The translations under genes were made by a program, and so were the position numbers. Positions 34,893 to 49,019 of a stretch of 64,000 nucleotides of DNA are shown here, piece by piece. This DNA is from Eledone cirrhosa (taxonomy: Eukaryota), in contig OZ024758.1 in assembly GCA_964016885.1 (NCBI GenBank), forward strand, positions 22,444,001 through 22,508,000, in the 5' to 3' direction. Within the stretch, counting starts at the first letter, position 1; each line of letters opens with the position of its first letter. The notes under the pieces are model-generated. The model was given only the letters and a program-made list of their open reading frames with translations. It did no database searches and was not told the DNA's origin.

Positions 34893-37800
34893 AAGTCTAC
34901 CAACCCACCACCCTTAAACTGGAGATAATATCTAACCCTCTACTAAGTCTACCAACACACCACCCTTAAACTGGAGATAATATCTAACCCTCTACTAAGT
35001 CTACCAACACACCACCCTTAAACTGGAGATAATATCTAACCCTCTACTAAGTCTACCAACCCACCACCCTTAAACTGGAGATAATATCTAACCCTCTACC
35101 AAGTCTACCAACCCACCACCCTTAAACTGGAGATAATATCTAACCCTCTACCAAGTCTACCAACCCACCACCCTTAAACTGGAGATAATATCTAACCCTC
35201 TACCAAGTCTACCAACCCACCACCCTTAAACTGGAGATAATATCTAACCCTCTACGAAGTATACCAACACACCACCCTTAAACTGGAGATAATATCTAAC
35301 CCTCTACGAAGTCTACCAACCCACCACCCTTAAACTGGAGATAATATCTAACCCTCTACTAAGTCTACCAACCCACCACCTTTAAACTGGAGATAATATC
35401 TAACCCTCTACTAAGTCTACCAACCCACCACCCTTAAACTGGAGATAATATCTAACCCTCTACTAAGTCTACCAACACACCACCCTTAAACTGGAGATAA
35501 TATCTAACCCTCTACCAAGTCTACCAACACACCACCCTTAAACTGGAGATAATATCTAACCCTCTACCAAGTCTACCAACACACCACCCTTAAACTGGAG
35601 ATAATATCTAACCCTCTACTAAGTCTACCAACCCACCACCCTTAAACTGGAGATAATATCTAAGTATACCAACACACCACCCTTAAACTGGAGTTAATAT
35701 GTAACCCTCTACGAAGTCTACCAACCCACCACCCTTAAACTGGAGATAATATCTAACCCTCTACGAAGTCTACCAACCCACCACCCTTAAACTGGAGATA
35801 ATATCTAACCCTCTACCAAGTCTACCAACACACCACCCTTAAACTGGAGATAATATCTAACCCTCTACTAAGTCTACCAACCCACCACCCTTAAACTGGA
35901 GATAATATCTAACCCTCTACTAAGTCTACCAACCCACCACCCTTAAACTGGAGATAATATCTAACCCTCTACTAAGTCTACCAACCCACCACCCTTAAAC
36001 TGGAGTTAATATCTAACCCTCTACTAAGTCTACCAACACACCACCCTTAAACTGGAGTTAATATATAACCCTCTACTAAGTCTACCAACACACCACCCTT
36101 AAACTGGAGATAATATATAACCCTCTACTAAGTCTACCAACCCACCACCCTTAAACTGGAGATAATATCTAACCCTCTACTAAGTCTACCAACACACCAC
36201 CCTTAAACTGGAGATAATATCTAACCCACTACTAAGTCTACCAACACACCACCCTTAAACTGGAGATAATATCTAACCCTCTACTAAGTCTACCAACCCA
36301 CCACCCTTAAACTGGAGATAATATCTAACCCTCTAATAAGTCTACCAACCCACCACCCTTAAACTGGAGATAATATCTAAGTATACCAACACACCACCCT
36401 TAAACTGGAGTTAATATGTAACCCTCTACGAAGTCTACCAACACACCACCCTTAAACTGGAGATAATATCTAACCCTCTACGAAGTCTACCAACCCACCA
36501 CCCTTAAACTGGAGATAATATCTAACCCTCTACCAAGTCTACCAACACACCACCCTTAAACTGGAGTTAATATCTAACCCTCTACCAAGTCTACCAACCC
36601 ACCACCCTTAAACTGGAGATAATATCTAACCCTCTACTAAGTCTACCAACCCACCACCCTTAAACTGGAGATAATATCTAACCCTCTACTAAGTCTACCA
36701 ACCCACCACCCTTAAACTGGAGATAATATCTAACCCTCTACTAAGTCTACCAACCCACCACCCTTAAACTGGAGATAATATCTAACCCTCTACTAAGTCT
36801 ACCAACCCACCACCCTTAAACTGGAGATAATATCTAACCCTCTACTAAGTCTACCAACACACCACCCTTAAACTGGAGTTAATATCTAACCCTCTACTAA
36901 GTCTACCAACACACCACCCTTAAACTGGAGATAATATCTAACCCTCTACTAAGTCTACCAACCCACCACCCTTAAACTGGAGATAATATCTAACCCTCTA
37001 CTAAGTCTACCAACCCACCACCCTTAAACTGGAGATAATATCTAACCCTCTACTAAGTCTACCAACCCACCACCCTTAAACTGGAGTTAATATATAACCC
37101 TCTACTAAGTCTACCAACACACCACCCTTAAACTGGAGATAATATCTAACCCTCTACCAAGTCTACCAACCCACCACCCTTAAACTGGAGATAATACCTA
37201 ACCCTCTACCAAGTCTACCAACACACCACCCTTAAACTGGAGATAATATCTAACCCTCTACTAAGTCTACCAACCCACCACCCTTAAACTGGAGATAATA
37301 CCTAACCCTCTACCAAGTCTACCAACCCACCACCCTTAAACTGGAGATAATATCTAACCCTCTACTAAGTCTACCAACCCACCACCCTTAAACTGGAGTT
37401 AATATATAACCCTCTACTAAGTCTACCAACACACCACCCTTAAACTGGAGTTAATATCTAACCCTCTACTAAGTCTACCAACCCACCACCCTTAAACTGG
37501 AGTTAATATATAACCCTCTAAGTCTACCAACACACCACCCTTAAACTGGAGATAATATCTAACCCTCTACTAAGTCTACCAACCCACCACCCTTAAACTG
37601 GAGATAATATCTAACCCTCTACTAATTCTACCAACACACCACCCTTAAACTGGAGATAATATCTAACCCTCTACTAAGTCTACCAACACACCACCCTTAA
37701 ACTGGAGATAATATCTAACCCTCTACTAAGTCTACCAACACACCACCCTTAAACTGGAGATAATATCTAACCCTCTACTAAGTCTACCAACCCACCACCC

Positions 37801-38025
37801 TTAAACTGGAGATAATATCTAACCCTCTACTAAGTCTACCAACCCACCACCCTTAAACTGGAGATAATATCTAACCCTCTACTAAGTCTACCAACACACC
37901 ACCCTTAAACTGGAGATAATATCTAACCCTCTACTAAGTCTACCAACCCACCACCCTTAAACTGGAGTTAATATCTAACCCACTACTAAGTCTACCAACA
38001 CACCACCCTTAAACTGGAGTAATAT
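34893..38025. repeat. 52-bp minisatellite, ~60 copies
   Basis: AAGTCTACCAAC(C/A)CACCACCCTTAAACTGGAG(A/T)TAATATCTAACCCTCTAC(T/C/G). Confidence 0.97.
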
Positions 38026-39663
38026 CAATGGCCGTCATTACACGTTGCTCCAGTATACTCAGCTGAAAATGAGTACCAGCAATAGCTGGAGGTTTAACCC
38101 CACGATGGACTGGCGTCCTGTCCAGGGAGGGGGAGTCTTGTACTTTCAGTCGCTTGACGCCATGAAACCGGTGTAAGCACCGGCCAAATGAGCCTTCTGG
38201 CTTAAGACAGACTTTAGATATAACACCAATTTCAATTCGTTCATTAAAAACAATTTAATAGAAAAAGAAAAAAAAAATGTTTAGATTGTGAAGAAAAAAT
38301 GGAATGTAGAATAAGAAAATATGAAAAAAAAGGGGGAGAGGGGAGAGACAAGGGCTCTAGTGTCACGGGAGAAAAGGGAAGGGGGCGTTTGGGTTCTGGG
38401 CCTAGGGTGCGGCGGTAATGGGGTTCCGTTCATTTGGAATAGGTTTTAGAAATCATGTATAACAATATCCTTCCATTCACTTTTAAATTCACAAATCAAT
38501 GTCTATTTTTTCATTTAGTTTCTACAGTTGGTATGTTTTCTTAAACATTATTGTTCGTCCAGATAACAATCAATAAATTCGGATATATTTCAACACATGA
38601 CGTTCTGTAGATTATTGAACAGATTAGTTTTTTTTTTTTTAATGTTTGTTTTATTTTCTGGTGGCAGTTTTAGCGAAACCAACGAACAAGCATAAAAACA
38701 ATACACGTTAAAGGATATTTGTGTTTTCTAATAGATAGGGTATATTTTGTAAAGGTTCATGCTTTCGTTTTGACATCTATACAAAGATGTATGTAGGCGT
38801 GGCTGACTCTCTTGTTACGAATTCAATTACTCTGCTTGATTTATATTACTGGTGTTGATTTTCTTGCCTCGAGAAGCACAGGAAGCTTATTCGATTAGTT
38901 AAGAATTTAATTTGAAGTTCTCTCATCCGTACTAAAAGATGGCAGACTGGCAGAGTCGTTAGAATGTCGGATAGAACGTTTTGCGATATACGTTTTCCAG
39001 CTCTCTCTTCTCTCTCTGTTCAAATCCCACCGAGTTCAACTTTGTCTTTCATCCTTTCGAGGTCGATAAAAAAATACCAGTCTTGTACTGGGGCCGATTC
39101 TTTTTCTTTTCCATATCTCTTTCTCATTTCCTCTCTGTCACTCTCTATCTTTCTCTGGAAGAAATCTGCTGTATATGAAACCTGGAGAGGAGATGGCCTC
39201 TGCTAGGTTTTTAAAAAAATGTCATAGAAACGCTGTATGTCACTACCGCGACCCCTACAACTCCACCAACAGTTACGGGACCATATCATATATTCCGTAA
39301 AATCTCATTCTTTTGTTTTGACATCTACACGAAGACGTTGGTAGGCATGGCTGACTTTCTTCTTACTCATGAATTCAACAACTTAGCTTGATTTATATAT
39401 TACTGGTGTTTATTTTACAGCCTTTAGTTAGAAGCACGGGAAGTTTATTCGATTAGTTAAGAATCTAATTTGAAGCTGTTTCATCCGTGTTAAAATCTTA
39501 ATAGAAATTAGACGTTTTCAAATCTTCTCTACTATCCCATTTTGTTTCCTAACATAATCTGTTCCCCGAGAGGTGGCGTGGCTGTTCCAGTGAATCTCCC
39601 TCACCGCCTTCCGGGGAAATGTCTTTGCCATTCTGTTGTCCGGGACCCAGAGGTGGATTTAGT

Positions 39664-41470
39664 ATATGTCTACATGTAGATGTTTAACATGTATATGTGT
39701 CTACATGTAGATGTGTAACATGTACATGCGTCTACATGCAGATGTATCTACATGTATATGTGTCTACATGTAGATGTGTAACATGTACATGTGTCTACAT
39801 GTATATGTGTCTACATGTATATGTGTCTACATGTATATGTGTCTACATGTAGATGTGTAACATGTATATGTGTCTACATGTAGATGTGTAACATGTATAT
39901 GTGTCTACATGTAGATGTGTAACATGTATATGTGTCTACATGTAGATGTGTAACATGTATATGTGTCTACATGTAGATGTGTAACATGTATATGTGTCTA
40001 CATGTAGATGTGTAACATGTATATGTGTCTACATGCAGATGTGTAACATGTACATGCGTCTACATGCAGATGTGTAACATGTACATGCGTCTACATGCAG
40101 ATGTGTAACATGTACATGCGTCTACATGCAGATGTGTAACATGTACATGCGTCTACATGTAGATGTAGATGTGTAACATGTACATGTGTCTACATGTAGA
40201 TGTATCTACATGTAGATGTGTCTACATGTAGATGTGTAACATGTAGATGTGTAACATGTACATGCGTCTACATGTAGATGTGTAACATGTAGATGTGTAA
40301 CATGTAGATGTGTCTACATGTAGATGTGTCTACATGTAGATGTGTAACATGTAGATGTGTCTACATGTAGATGTGTAACATGTAGATGTGTAACATGTAC
40401 ATGCGTCTACATGTAGATGTGTAACATGTAGATGTGTAACATGTAGATGTGTAACATGTAGATGTGTCTACATGTAGATGTGTCACATGTAGATGTGTAA
40501 CATGTACATGCGTCTACATGCAGATGTGTAACATGTACATGCGTCTACATGTACATGCGTCTACATGCAGATGTGTAACATGTACATGCGTCTACATGTA
40601 GATGTGTCTACATGTAGATGTGTAACATGTAGATGTGTAACATGTAGATGTGTCTACATGTAGATGTGTCTACATGTAGATGTGTAACATGTAGATGTGT
40701 CTACATGTAGATGTGTAACATGTAGATGTGTCTACATGTAGATGTGTCTACATGTAGATGTGTCTACATGTAGATGTGTAACATGTGTCTACATGTAGAT
40801 GTGTAACATGTAGATGTGTAACATGTCTACATGTAGATGTGTAACATGTAGATGTGTAACATGTGTCTACATGTAGATGTGTACATGGATGTGTCACATG
40901 TATATGTGTCACATGTAGATGTGTACATGTAGATGTGTAACATGTAGATGTGTCACATGTAGATGTGTCACATGTAGATGTGTCACATGTAGATGTGTCA
41001 CATGTAGATGTGTCACATGTAGATGTGTCACATGTAGATGTGTAACATGTAGATGCGTCTACATGTAGATGTATTTATAACTAACGCATGTGTGTCTACA
41101 TATATATGTGTGTAACACATACGTGTGTAACGTGAAAATGTGTAACGCGTATGTTTAACGTGTATATGTGTTTACATGTATCTGTGTTTACATGTATCTG
41201 TGTCTATATGTGTATGCGTTTATATGTGTATGCGTTTATATGTGTATGCGTTTACATGCATATGTGTTTACATGTATATGTGTTTACATGTATATGTGTT
41301 TACATGTATATGCGTAACATATATGTGTTTACATGTATATGCGTAACATATATGTGTTTACATATATATGTGTTTATATGTATATATGTAAAACATATAT
41401 GTGTTTATATGTGTAAAACATATATGTGTTTACATATATATGCGTAACATATGTGTTTACATGTATATGT
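39664..41470. repeat. ACATGT-rich satellite with palindromic TCTACATGTAGA units, grading into TA/TG microsatellite
   Basis: Directly visible, ~15-31 bp variant units. Confidence 0.95.
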
Positions 41471-41784
41471 GTAATGTGTAAAATTTGATTTACGCTACAT
41501 AGCCAAACATTCTTGTAATATATAAGTTAATCCTTGCTACATCCGACCCACCCCTCACACACACCCACACCCCTTTTCTGTCTTGAAATCTGATAATAAT
41601 AGGAAAAAATAAAGACAGGAAAGAAATAAAAAGATAACAATAACCGTCAACCCCCATCCCCCTCTGAAAAAAGGTTCTCTTTTAATAAAAAAGGCAAAAA
41701 GGAGAAGAAAAATGTAAAAATTTACCAGGGGAACAGAATAAAATGGAGGGCTTCAGTTAATTGATAGAGCGTATAGAAGCAACA

Positions 41785-42230
41785 GGAACAACACCAAGAA
41801 CAACACCACCACCAACACTACCACCAACAACAACATCATCACCAACACCACCAACAACATCATCACCAACACCACCACTAGCAACAACATCACCAACACC
41901 ACAACCAACACCACCCCAAACAACACCAACAACATCACTACAACCACCATCACCAACAAACAACACCACCTTCACCACCACAACCACCGCCACCAATAAT
42001 ACCATCACAACCACACCACCACCACAACCAACAATACCATCACAACCAACACCACTAACACCACCACAACACCACCATCCCCAACAACATCACAAACACA
42101 ACATCACAAACACAACATCACAAACAAAACCACAACCACACCAACACAACCACACCAACACAACCACACCAACATAACCACCACAACCACACTACCACCG
42201 CCAACAGTATAAGATCAACAACAACAGTAA
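41785..42230. repeat. (ACC/ACA)n low-complexity tract
   Basis: Directly visible. Confidence 0.9.
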
Positions 42231-42676
42231 TATGAAATAACCTAAAAATAATCTAGCAGTCGGGATTGGAAGAAGCAGTAACACCCACCCCTACCCCTCC
42301 CCCCTTCACACACACAAAATATAACAAAAATAATAATAATAATAATAATAATAAAAATAAAATAAAATAGATTAGTTTAATTTTTTTTATTATTACTATT
42401 ACTATTATTTTTTCTTCTTCTAAGATTGACAATATTTAAGGATAGCAGGAAATGTGGAAAATGGCATCAGTTTTCTTGAGAAAAAATATAAAACATGAAA
42501 ATCTAAAGAGGAGAAGAACTGACCGCGAATAACGGGAACTTTGAGGAGGTTAATGTATGGAAGAGTAGCAACTAGAGGAGACAGTATGTCGCCGAGATTG
42601 TTGATAGTAATCTTTATGATTCTAACAGAGATGCCACGGGAAAATAAATTAAGAAAAATGACGTAGCATTTATATG

Positions 42677-42708
<32 letters not shown>

Positions 42709-42755
42709 CGTATACGCATATATTCGCATACGCACATGTATGTATGTAGGAAGGT

Positions 42756-42799
<44 letters not shown>

Positions 42800-43088
42800 G
42801 TATGTATAATGTATGTATAGATAGATATATACATACATTTATATATACATGTATGTATCAATATGTATTTACATATATATATATATATATACATGTGTGT
42901 GTATGTACACACATACACACACACACATATATATATATCTCCATACACGCATATATATGTATGTATGTATGTATATATATATATATATATATATAAATGA
43001 AAGGTATAGAAAACATTGTAGCAAAAAGCCAACAGTATTCCATAATATATAAGTGACTATAGCGTCAAAATGGGAAAAATAGTTAACG

Positions 43089-43131
<43 letters not shown>

Positions 43132-43137
43132 TATATA

Positions 43138-43182
43138 TGATGGCTGCCCCCTCGTTATCGAGTATGGCCATTGCACAATAAG

Positions 43183-43246
<64 letters not shown>

Positions 43247-43761
43247 GCAATAATAATAATAACGACAACAACAATAATAATATACATATTCATATATATA
43301 TACACACACACGCACGCACATAAGCATATCTACACACACACACACACAAACACACGATAGCAACTAACAGTGCTGCGATCGAATGTGGCTTTTTAGCCCA
43401 GCCAATGATCCAAAATGTCTTGCACAGAGTCGGCAACCAAAACATTTACTGGGAATAGTCGGCTGTGGTTGGAGTTCGTGTACTTTTGCATGTCGCTTGA
43501 GTCCTCCTGCTGATTTACATTCTCTACCACATGTTTGGCAAGCATGATGAGTAGCATCTCCAACAGCAGCCTGGTAGTCAACCACTGGTCTTACTTTATG
43601 ACTGCGAAGATGACTTTCGAGTCCAGCTTTGCTTAGGCAGAGTCTCGCACAGACGCTGCATGTCAGAAACATAGGAGGACCCTCGCCGTCTGGAAGTGCA
43701 ACAGCAATACCCTTCCTCACGTCCCGCTTTACTTTCTCGTGTGCGATTCGAGATGCCTCAA

Positions 43762-43765
<4 letters not shown>
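43138..43765 (-). mobile_element. 3' end of RTE-like LINE whose ORF ends in three C2H2 zinc fingers (coding 43364-43765; terminal piece 43138-43182)
   Basis: [19 protein letters not shown] then CSVC-x12-HLRSH, CQTC-x12-HAKVH, CRLC-x12-HIRSQH; terminus CGAGGGGGCAGCCATCAT; no TGEKP linkers. Confidence 0.7.
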
Positions 43766-43814
<49 letters not shown>

Positions 43815-43837
43815 GTGTGCGATTCGAGATGCCTCAA

Positions 43838-43897
<60 letters not shown>

Positions 43898-44273
43898 CAT
43901 ATATATATATATATACACGCATATGTATGTATATATATATATATATGCGTTCCTCTTATATAATCATTATATAGGCGGGTATATTTAAATAATTTACTGA
44001 CATAGTGGACGGGATCTGTCATCGTAAGACCATCGATGAACAAAGAGTTGAAATTTAATATAAAATTAGTAAATTATATAGCTAGAGTTTATATCAGACG
44101 GACATTTGCAGTGTTTCTGTACAAAGCAGCGATCGACGTTTGTCAAATCGGACCGAGGGAACAATGTTTCCATTGGTCTTTCCAATTGTTAATACTATCT
44201 TATCAGTTGCAACTTCAGGCAGAAGGAGCAACGTGAAATAAAGTGTCTTGCTCAGTTCATACATCGAACATAC

Positions 44274-44780
44274 AGCGAGCAATGTGCATATAGCGAGCAA
44301 TGTGCATATAGCGAGCAATGTGCATATAGCGAGCAATGTGCATATAATGACAATGTGCATATAGCGAGCAATGTGCATATAGCGAACAATGTGCATATAA
44401 TGACAATGTGAATATAGCGAGCAATGTGCATATAATGACAATGTGAATATAGCGAGCAATGTGCATATAATGACAATGTGAATATAGCGAGCAATGTGCA
44501 TATAGCGAGCAATGTGCATATAGCGAGCAATGTGCATATAGCGAGCAATGTGCATATAGCGAGCAATGTGCATATAGCGAGCAATGTGCATATAGCGAGC
44601 AATGTGCATATAGCGAGCAATGTGCATATAGCGAGCAATGTGCATATAATGACAATGTGAATATAGCGAGCAATGTGCATATAGCGAGCAATGTGCATAT
44701 AATGACAATGTGAATATAGCGAGCAATGTGCATATAATGACAATGTGCATATAATGACAATGTGCATATAGCGAGCAATG
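44274..44780. repeat. 17/18-bp minisatellite
   Basis: TAGCGAGCAATGTGCATA / TAATGACAATGTG(C/A)ATA. Confidence 0.95.
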
Positions 44781-45473
44781 ACATTTGTAGGAATGAATTT
44801 CATCGATGGAATATGAAAGACAGCCCAGCATGTGACTGTGGGGAGCCTGCTGACCAGACAGCAGTGCTGGATTTACCACTGTGTTTAGTACAGGGTCCCG
44901 TTGGCGAGGGGAGGCTCCATCTTCCTTTGAGGCCCTGTGTAGGCCTACCGGGGATACCTCATACAGGGCCCAAGAGGCCTCATAACTTAACTAGCACAGG
45001 GTCCCATTGGCCGGGGGAGGCATCTTCCTGTGTAGGCTTACCGGGGCTACCTCCTTCAGGGCCCAAGTAAGAGGCCTCATAACTTAACTAGCACATGCCT
45101 TATTTGTTCTAAACCCGACACTGCCAGATAGTACTGCATGTTGTTCGGGGTTTCCCCCTGCCCTCTAAGACGCTTTCCCGGTGGCCTAGAGGCAATCTAT
45201 AATGCTGCAAATGACACCTTGGTCTGGCTTGCCGCTCTCGGCCGGCCTCTTTAGCTACTTTGGATATGTCATACGACAGAAAGTGTTTCTGTGAAGAGGC
45301 TTTCCAGCTACCGGATTGTGGATTTTACTTTTCTTAATCTTGATCTGTGGAGGCGCATGGTCCAGTGGTAAGGGTGTTGCGCTTACGATCATAATGTCAT
45401 AGATTCGATTCCTGGGTTGGTTTGCGTTTCCTTGAGTAAAACACTTCAATCGTGGTCAAGAGGTAAATGTAAA

Positions 45474-45790
45474 ATTTTGAAAGTAGGTTTATAAATATGA
45501 ATTTTCATAAGATTTCCGTAGCTATCTCAGTAGCCTAGCGGTAGGTACTAGAGACAGTGGAGATCCTGGTCTTGGGTTCAATCCTGGTCAAGAAATCCAT
45601 GTAACCTTTTTCGGTTTTTATTTTACATCCCATATAAAAAAAACTGAAAAAGGTTTAGCGGGAACCCTACTTCCGACCAGGATCGAACTTTAGACCAGGA
45701 TCATCACCGTCTATGATTCCCCCAACTAGGCCACCGAGACAGCTACGAAAGTATAATGAAAATTAATAATTATAAACCTACTCTCAAGAT
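45474..45790. other. Inverted pair of convergent tRNA-like Pol III units
   Basis: Each arm: TTTATAA, TRGCCTAG..GG, GTTC(A/G)ATCC, AACCTTTTTC. Confidence 0.6.
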
Positions 45791-46482
45791 CAAAGTTAAA
45801 ACATGTAGTGTCGTTCAAGGCTTTCCTAGAGCTATTAGTCATATTTAGGGTTGACTTGTCAATTTGAAATGGAGGTTTAACACCACGATGGACTGTTGTC
45901 TTGTCCAAGGGGAGTTCTTGCACTCTCATTAACGCCATGGAAACCAGGATAAGCACTGGTCTGATGAGCTTCAGGGCACGAGGCAGACTTGTTGATCTTC
46001 TTGGTTGTGGTGATGGTGGTGTTGTTGGTGGTGGTAGTTGTGGTGATGGTGGTGTTGTTGGTGGTGTTGATGTTAGTGTGGTGTTGATGTAGGTGGTGGT
46101 GGTGGTGTTGTTGGGGGCACAAGGCCAGTAATTAACCTAGTACATTACTGGTACTTTATTTTATCGACCCCGTAAGGATGAAAATCAAAGCTAACCTCGG
46201 TGGGATTTGAACACAACGTAAAGGACCGTACCTCTAAACTGCAAATATATTGCTGCATCATGATGTCAGCTCCAAATAGCCCGTTAGATTGTTGCCAGAA
46301 ACACATGGGAATTATTTCTGTTAATTACTCGATTAAAGTTGTATTCCGCCATTAGTCTCGCCATGTTGATTTTGATGTTGATGAAATTTTTCTTGGAGTT
46401 GTTTAGATAGTTGGGTGGGATTTGAGGCAGGTATGGCTGCTATTTCTAGTCGCTTGAGTAACTACATAGAAGCTTCCCGCTG

Positions 46483-47690
46483 ATAATGGTGGTGATAATA
46501 ATAGTGATGATAAAGATGAGGATGATGATGGTAGTGATGGTGATGGTGGTGGTAATTATAGTGATGATGATGATGGTGGTAATTATAGTGATGATGATGG
46601 TGGTGGTAATTATAGTGATGATGGTGGTGGTGGTAATTATAGTGATGATGATGGTGGTGGTAATTATAGTGATGATGGTGGTGGTGGTAATTATAGTGAT
46701 GATGATGGTAATCGTGGTGGTAATTATAGTGATGATGATGATGGTAATCGTGGTGGTAATTATAGTGATGATGATGATGGTGAGGATGATGGTAAAGGTG
46801 GTGGTGGTAATTATAGTGATGATGTTGATGATGGTAATCGTGGTGGTAATTATAGTGATGATGATGATGATGGTAATGGTGGTGGTAATAATAGTGATGA
46901 TGATGGTTATGGTAATGGTGGTGGTAATGATTGATGATGGTAATGGTGGTGGTAAGTGATGATGATGGTTATGGTTGTGGTAATAATAGTGATGATGATG
47001 GTGATGGTAATGGTGGTGGTAATGGTGATGATGATGGTGGTGGTGGTAATAATTGTTTTTACTTTTGGCATAAGGCCAGCAATTAGCCCCAATGCATTAC
47101 TGGTACTTTATTGTATCGACCTCGTAAGGATGGAAGGCAAATCTAACCTCGCCGGGATTTGAATTCAGAACGTAAAGGGCCATAACTATGTGCAGCAAAG
47201 CATGGTGTCTGACGCTCTACCAATACTGCCAGGTGGTAATAATAGTGATAATGATCGTGATGATGATGATAGTAATGGTGGTGATGATGGTGGTGATGGT
47301 GGTAATGGTGGTGGCGGTGGTAGTGGTGGTGGTGGTAATAACAGTGATAAGGATGGGAATGATGATGATCGTAATGGTGGTGGTGGTAATGGTGGTGGTG
47401 GTAATGGTGGTGGTGGTAATGGTGGTGGTGGTGGTGGTGGTAATAACAGTGATAAGGATGGGGATGATGATGATCGTAATGGTGGTAATGGTGGTGGTGG
47501 TGGTGGTAATGGTGGTGGTGGTGGTGGTGGTAATGGTGGTGGTGGTGGTAATGGTGGTGGTAATGGCGGTGATGGTGGTAATGGTGGTGGTGGTAATGGC
47601 GGTGATGGTGGTAATGGTGGTGGTGGTGGTAATAACAGTGATAAGGATGGAGATGCTGATGATCGTAATGGTGGTGGTAGTGGTGGTGAC
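46483..47690. repeat. (GGT/GAT)n trinucleotide arrays flanking a SINE
   Basis: Directly visible. Confidence 0.95.
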
Positions 47691-48183
47691 GGCATGTAGG
47701 AAGTGACGACATTTTATAAAGACGAGATGAAATATTTATGATGTGAAACTACTGCTGCTCCCTCAGTCAATTAGAGGGGGGGGGGCTGTCTGACCAACTG
47801 CTCTGTAATACAACGAAACTTTGGTGTCACTAAATTGTTAATTTATTTAACAGTGATAACTTGGGTAGTCTCGGTTATAGTCTTTCTCGAGAGTAGCTAG
47901 GCTAAGTCAATCTAGAAGTGTAACTACTTTAAGCTATAAGCGCAGGGCTTAGTGGTTAGGGCATTGGGCTTGCAATCGAAAGGTTGTGAGTTCAATTCTC
48001 GGACCGGGTGATGTGTTGTGTTGTTTCTTTGAACAAGACACTTCATTTCACGTTGCTCCAGTTTACTCAGCTGTGGAAATGAGATGATAGGGACTGGGGT
48101 CCCTATCATTAAATCACCATTAAGACACCTCCAACGAGATATAGCTTGGAGGAGGCCAACTAAATCTGCATAGGTGTGAGCTG

Positions 48184-48227
<44 letters not shown>

Positions 48228-48558
48228 GCTATACCGATTTGCGGTCGTACCCTTGGCAGGGTGGAGACTTCTGGTGTCCTCGGCCCTAGGGCCACCCCCC
48301 TACTCACCACCATAGGCGCTGAGCTGGCCAGCCTCAGGTGTGAGCCTCGCGAGATGGAATGGCCTTTCCAGCGCGTCTCCCCTTGCCGTCCCCCGGGGAA
48401 ACGCCTTCTCCATTCTGTCTGTCGGGGATGTGGGGAGGCCACCAATATGATTGACTGACTTGTCATTTTATCAGTCAGATTGTCACTCTCCCACCACTCA
48501 GATACCAGTCTAGTACGTTACCCAATGACCCACAAGTGTCTATTGAAATTTCATTTAA

Positions 48559-49019
48559 CCCTTTAATATTTGCATTACTCTATATATATACTATTGTATT
48601 TTTGTGGTAATAGCTTTATCTTATATAATTATTTCAGATAATATTGAATCTATGAGATTTTGATATTATTTATTGTGAGAGCGTGTGGATATTATTTATA
48701 GTGAAGGCGAGTGGTGGCTGAGTGTTTAGAGAATTGGATTCGCAATCGTAAGGTTGTGAGTTCGATTCCCGGACCGGGCGATGCGTTATGTCCTTGAGCA
48801 AGACACTTTATTTCACGTTGCTCCTTCTACCTGGAGTTGCGACCGATAGATAGTACTAGCAATTGGAAAGACCAACGAAAACATTGTTTCCTCGGTCCGA
48901 TTTGACGAAAGTCGATCGTTCCTTTATTGTGAGAACAATGTCTTAATGTCAGTATGAGCAGCCAGTTACAGCCGGTTTGAGAATTGAGGCCGGAGATGGC
49001 CGGTTTAAATGCTAAAGGG
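48559..49019. mobile_element. piggyBac-like MITE interrupted by a SINE (48703-48922)
   Basis: TTAA-CCCTTTAA ... GCTAAAGGG-TTAA; TTTATTGTGAGA duplicated around the SINE. Confidence 0.8.

Noticed and set aside
34893-38025. CRISPR-like or telomeric array
   Set aside because: Head-to-tail units without unique spacers, eukaryotic context, and only one TAACCC per 52 bp; explained by SINE-junction amplification.
44094-44879. 261-aa Cys/His-rich ORF
   Set aside because: Derived from the 17/18-bp minisatellite; only a tiny LINE-like peptide (HRWNMKDSPACDCG) lies at ~44785-44860 on the opposite strand.
46486-47712. Gly-rich, Pro-rich, His-rich and Val/Met-rich ORFs; mucin-like ORF at 41761-42177
   Set aside because: Trinucleotide repeat arrays open in several frames, with starts inside SINE sequence and no splice support.
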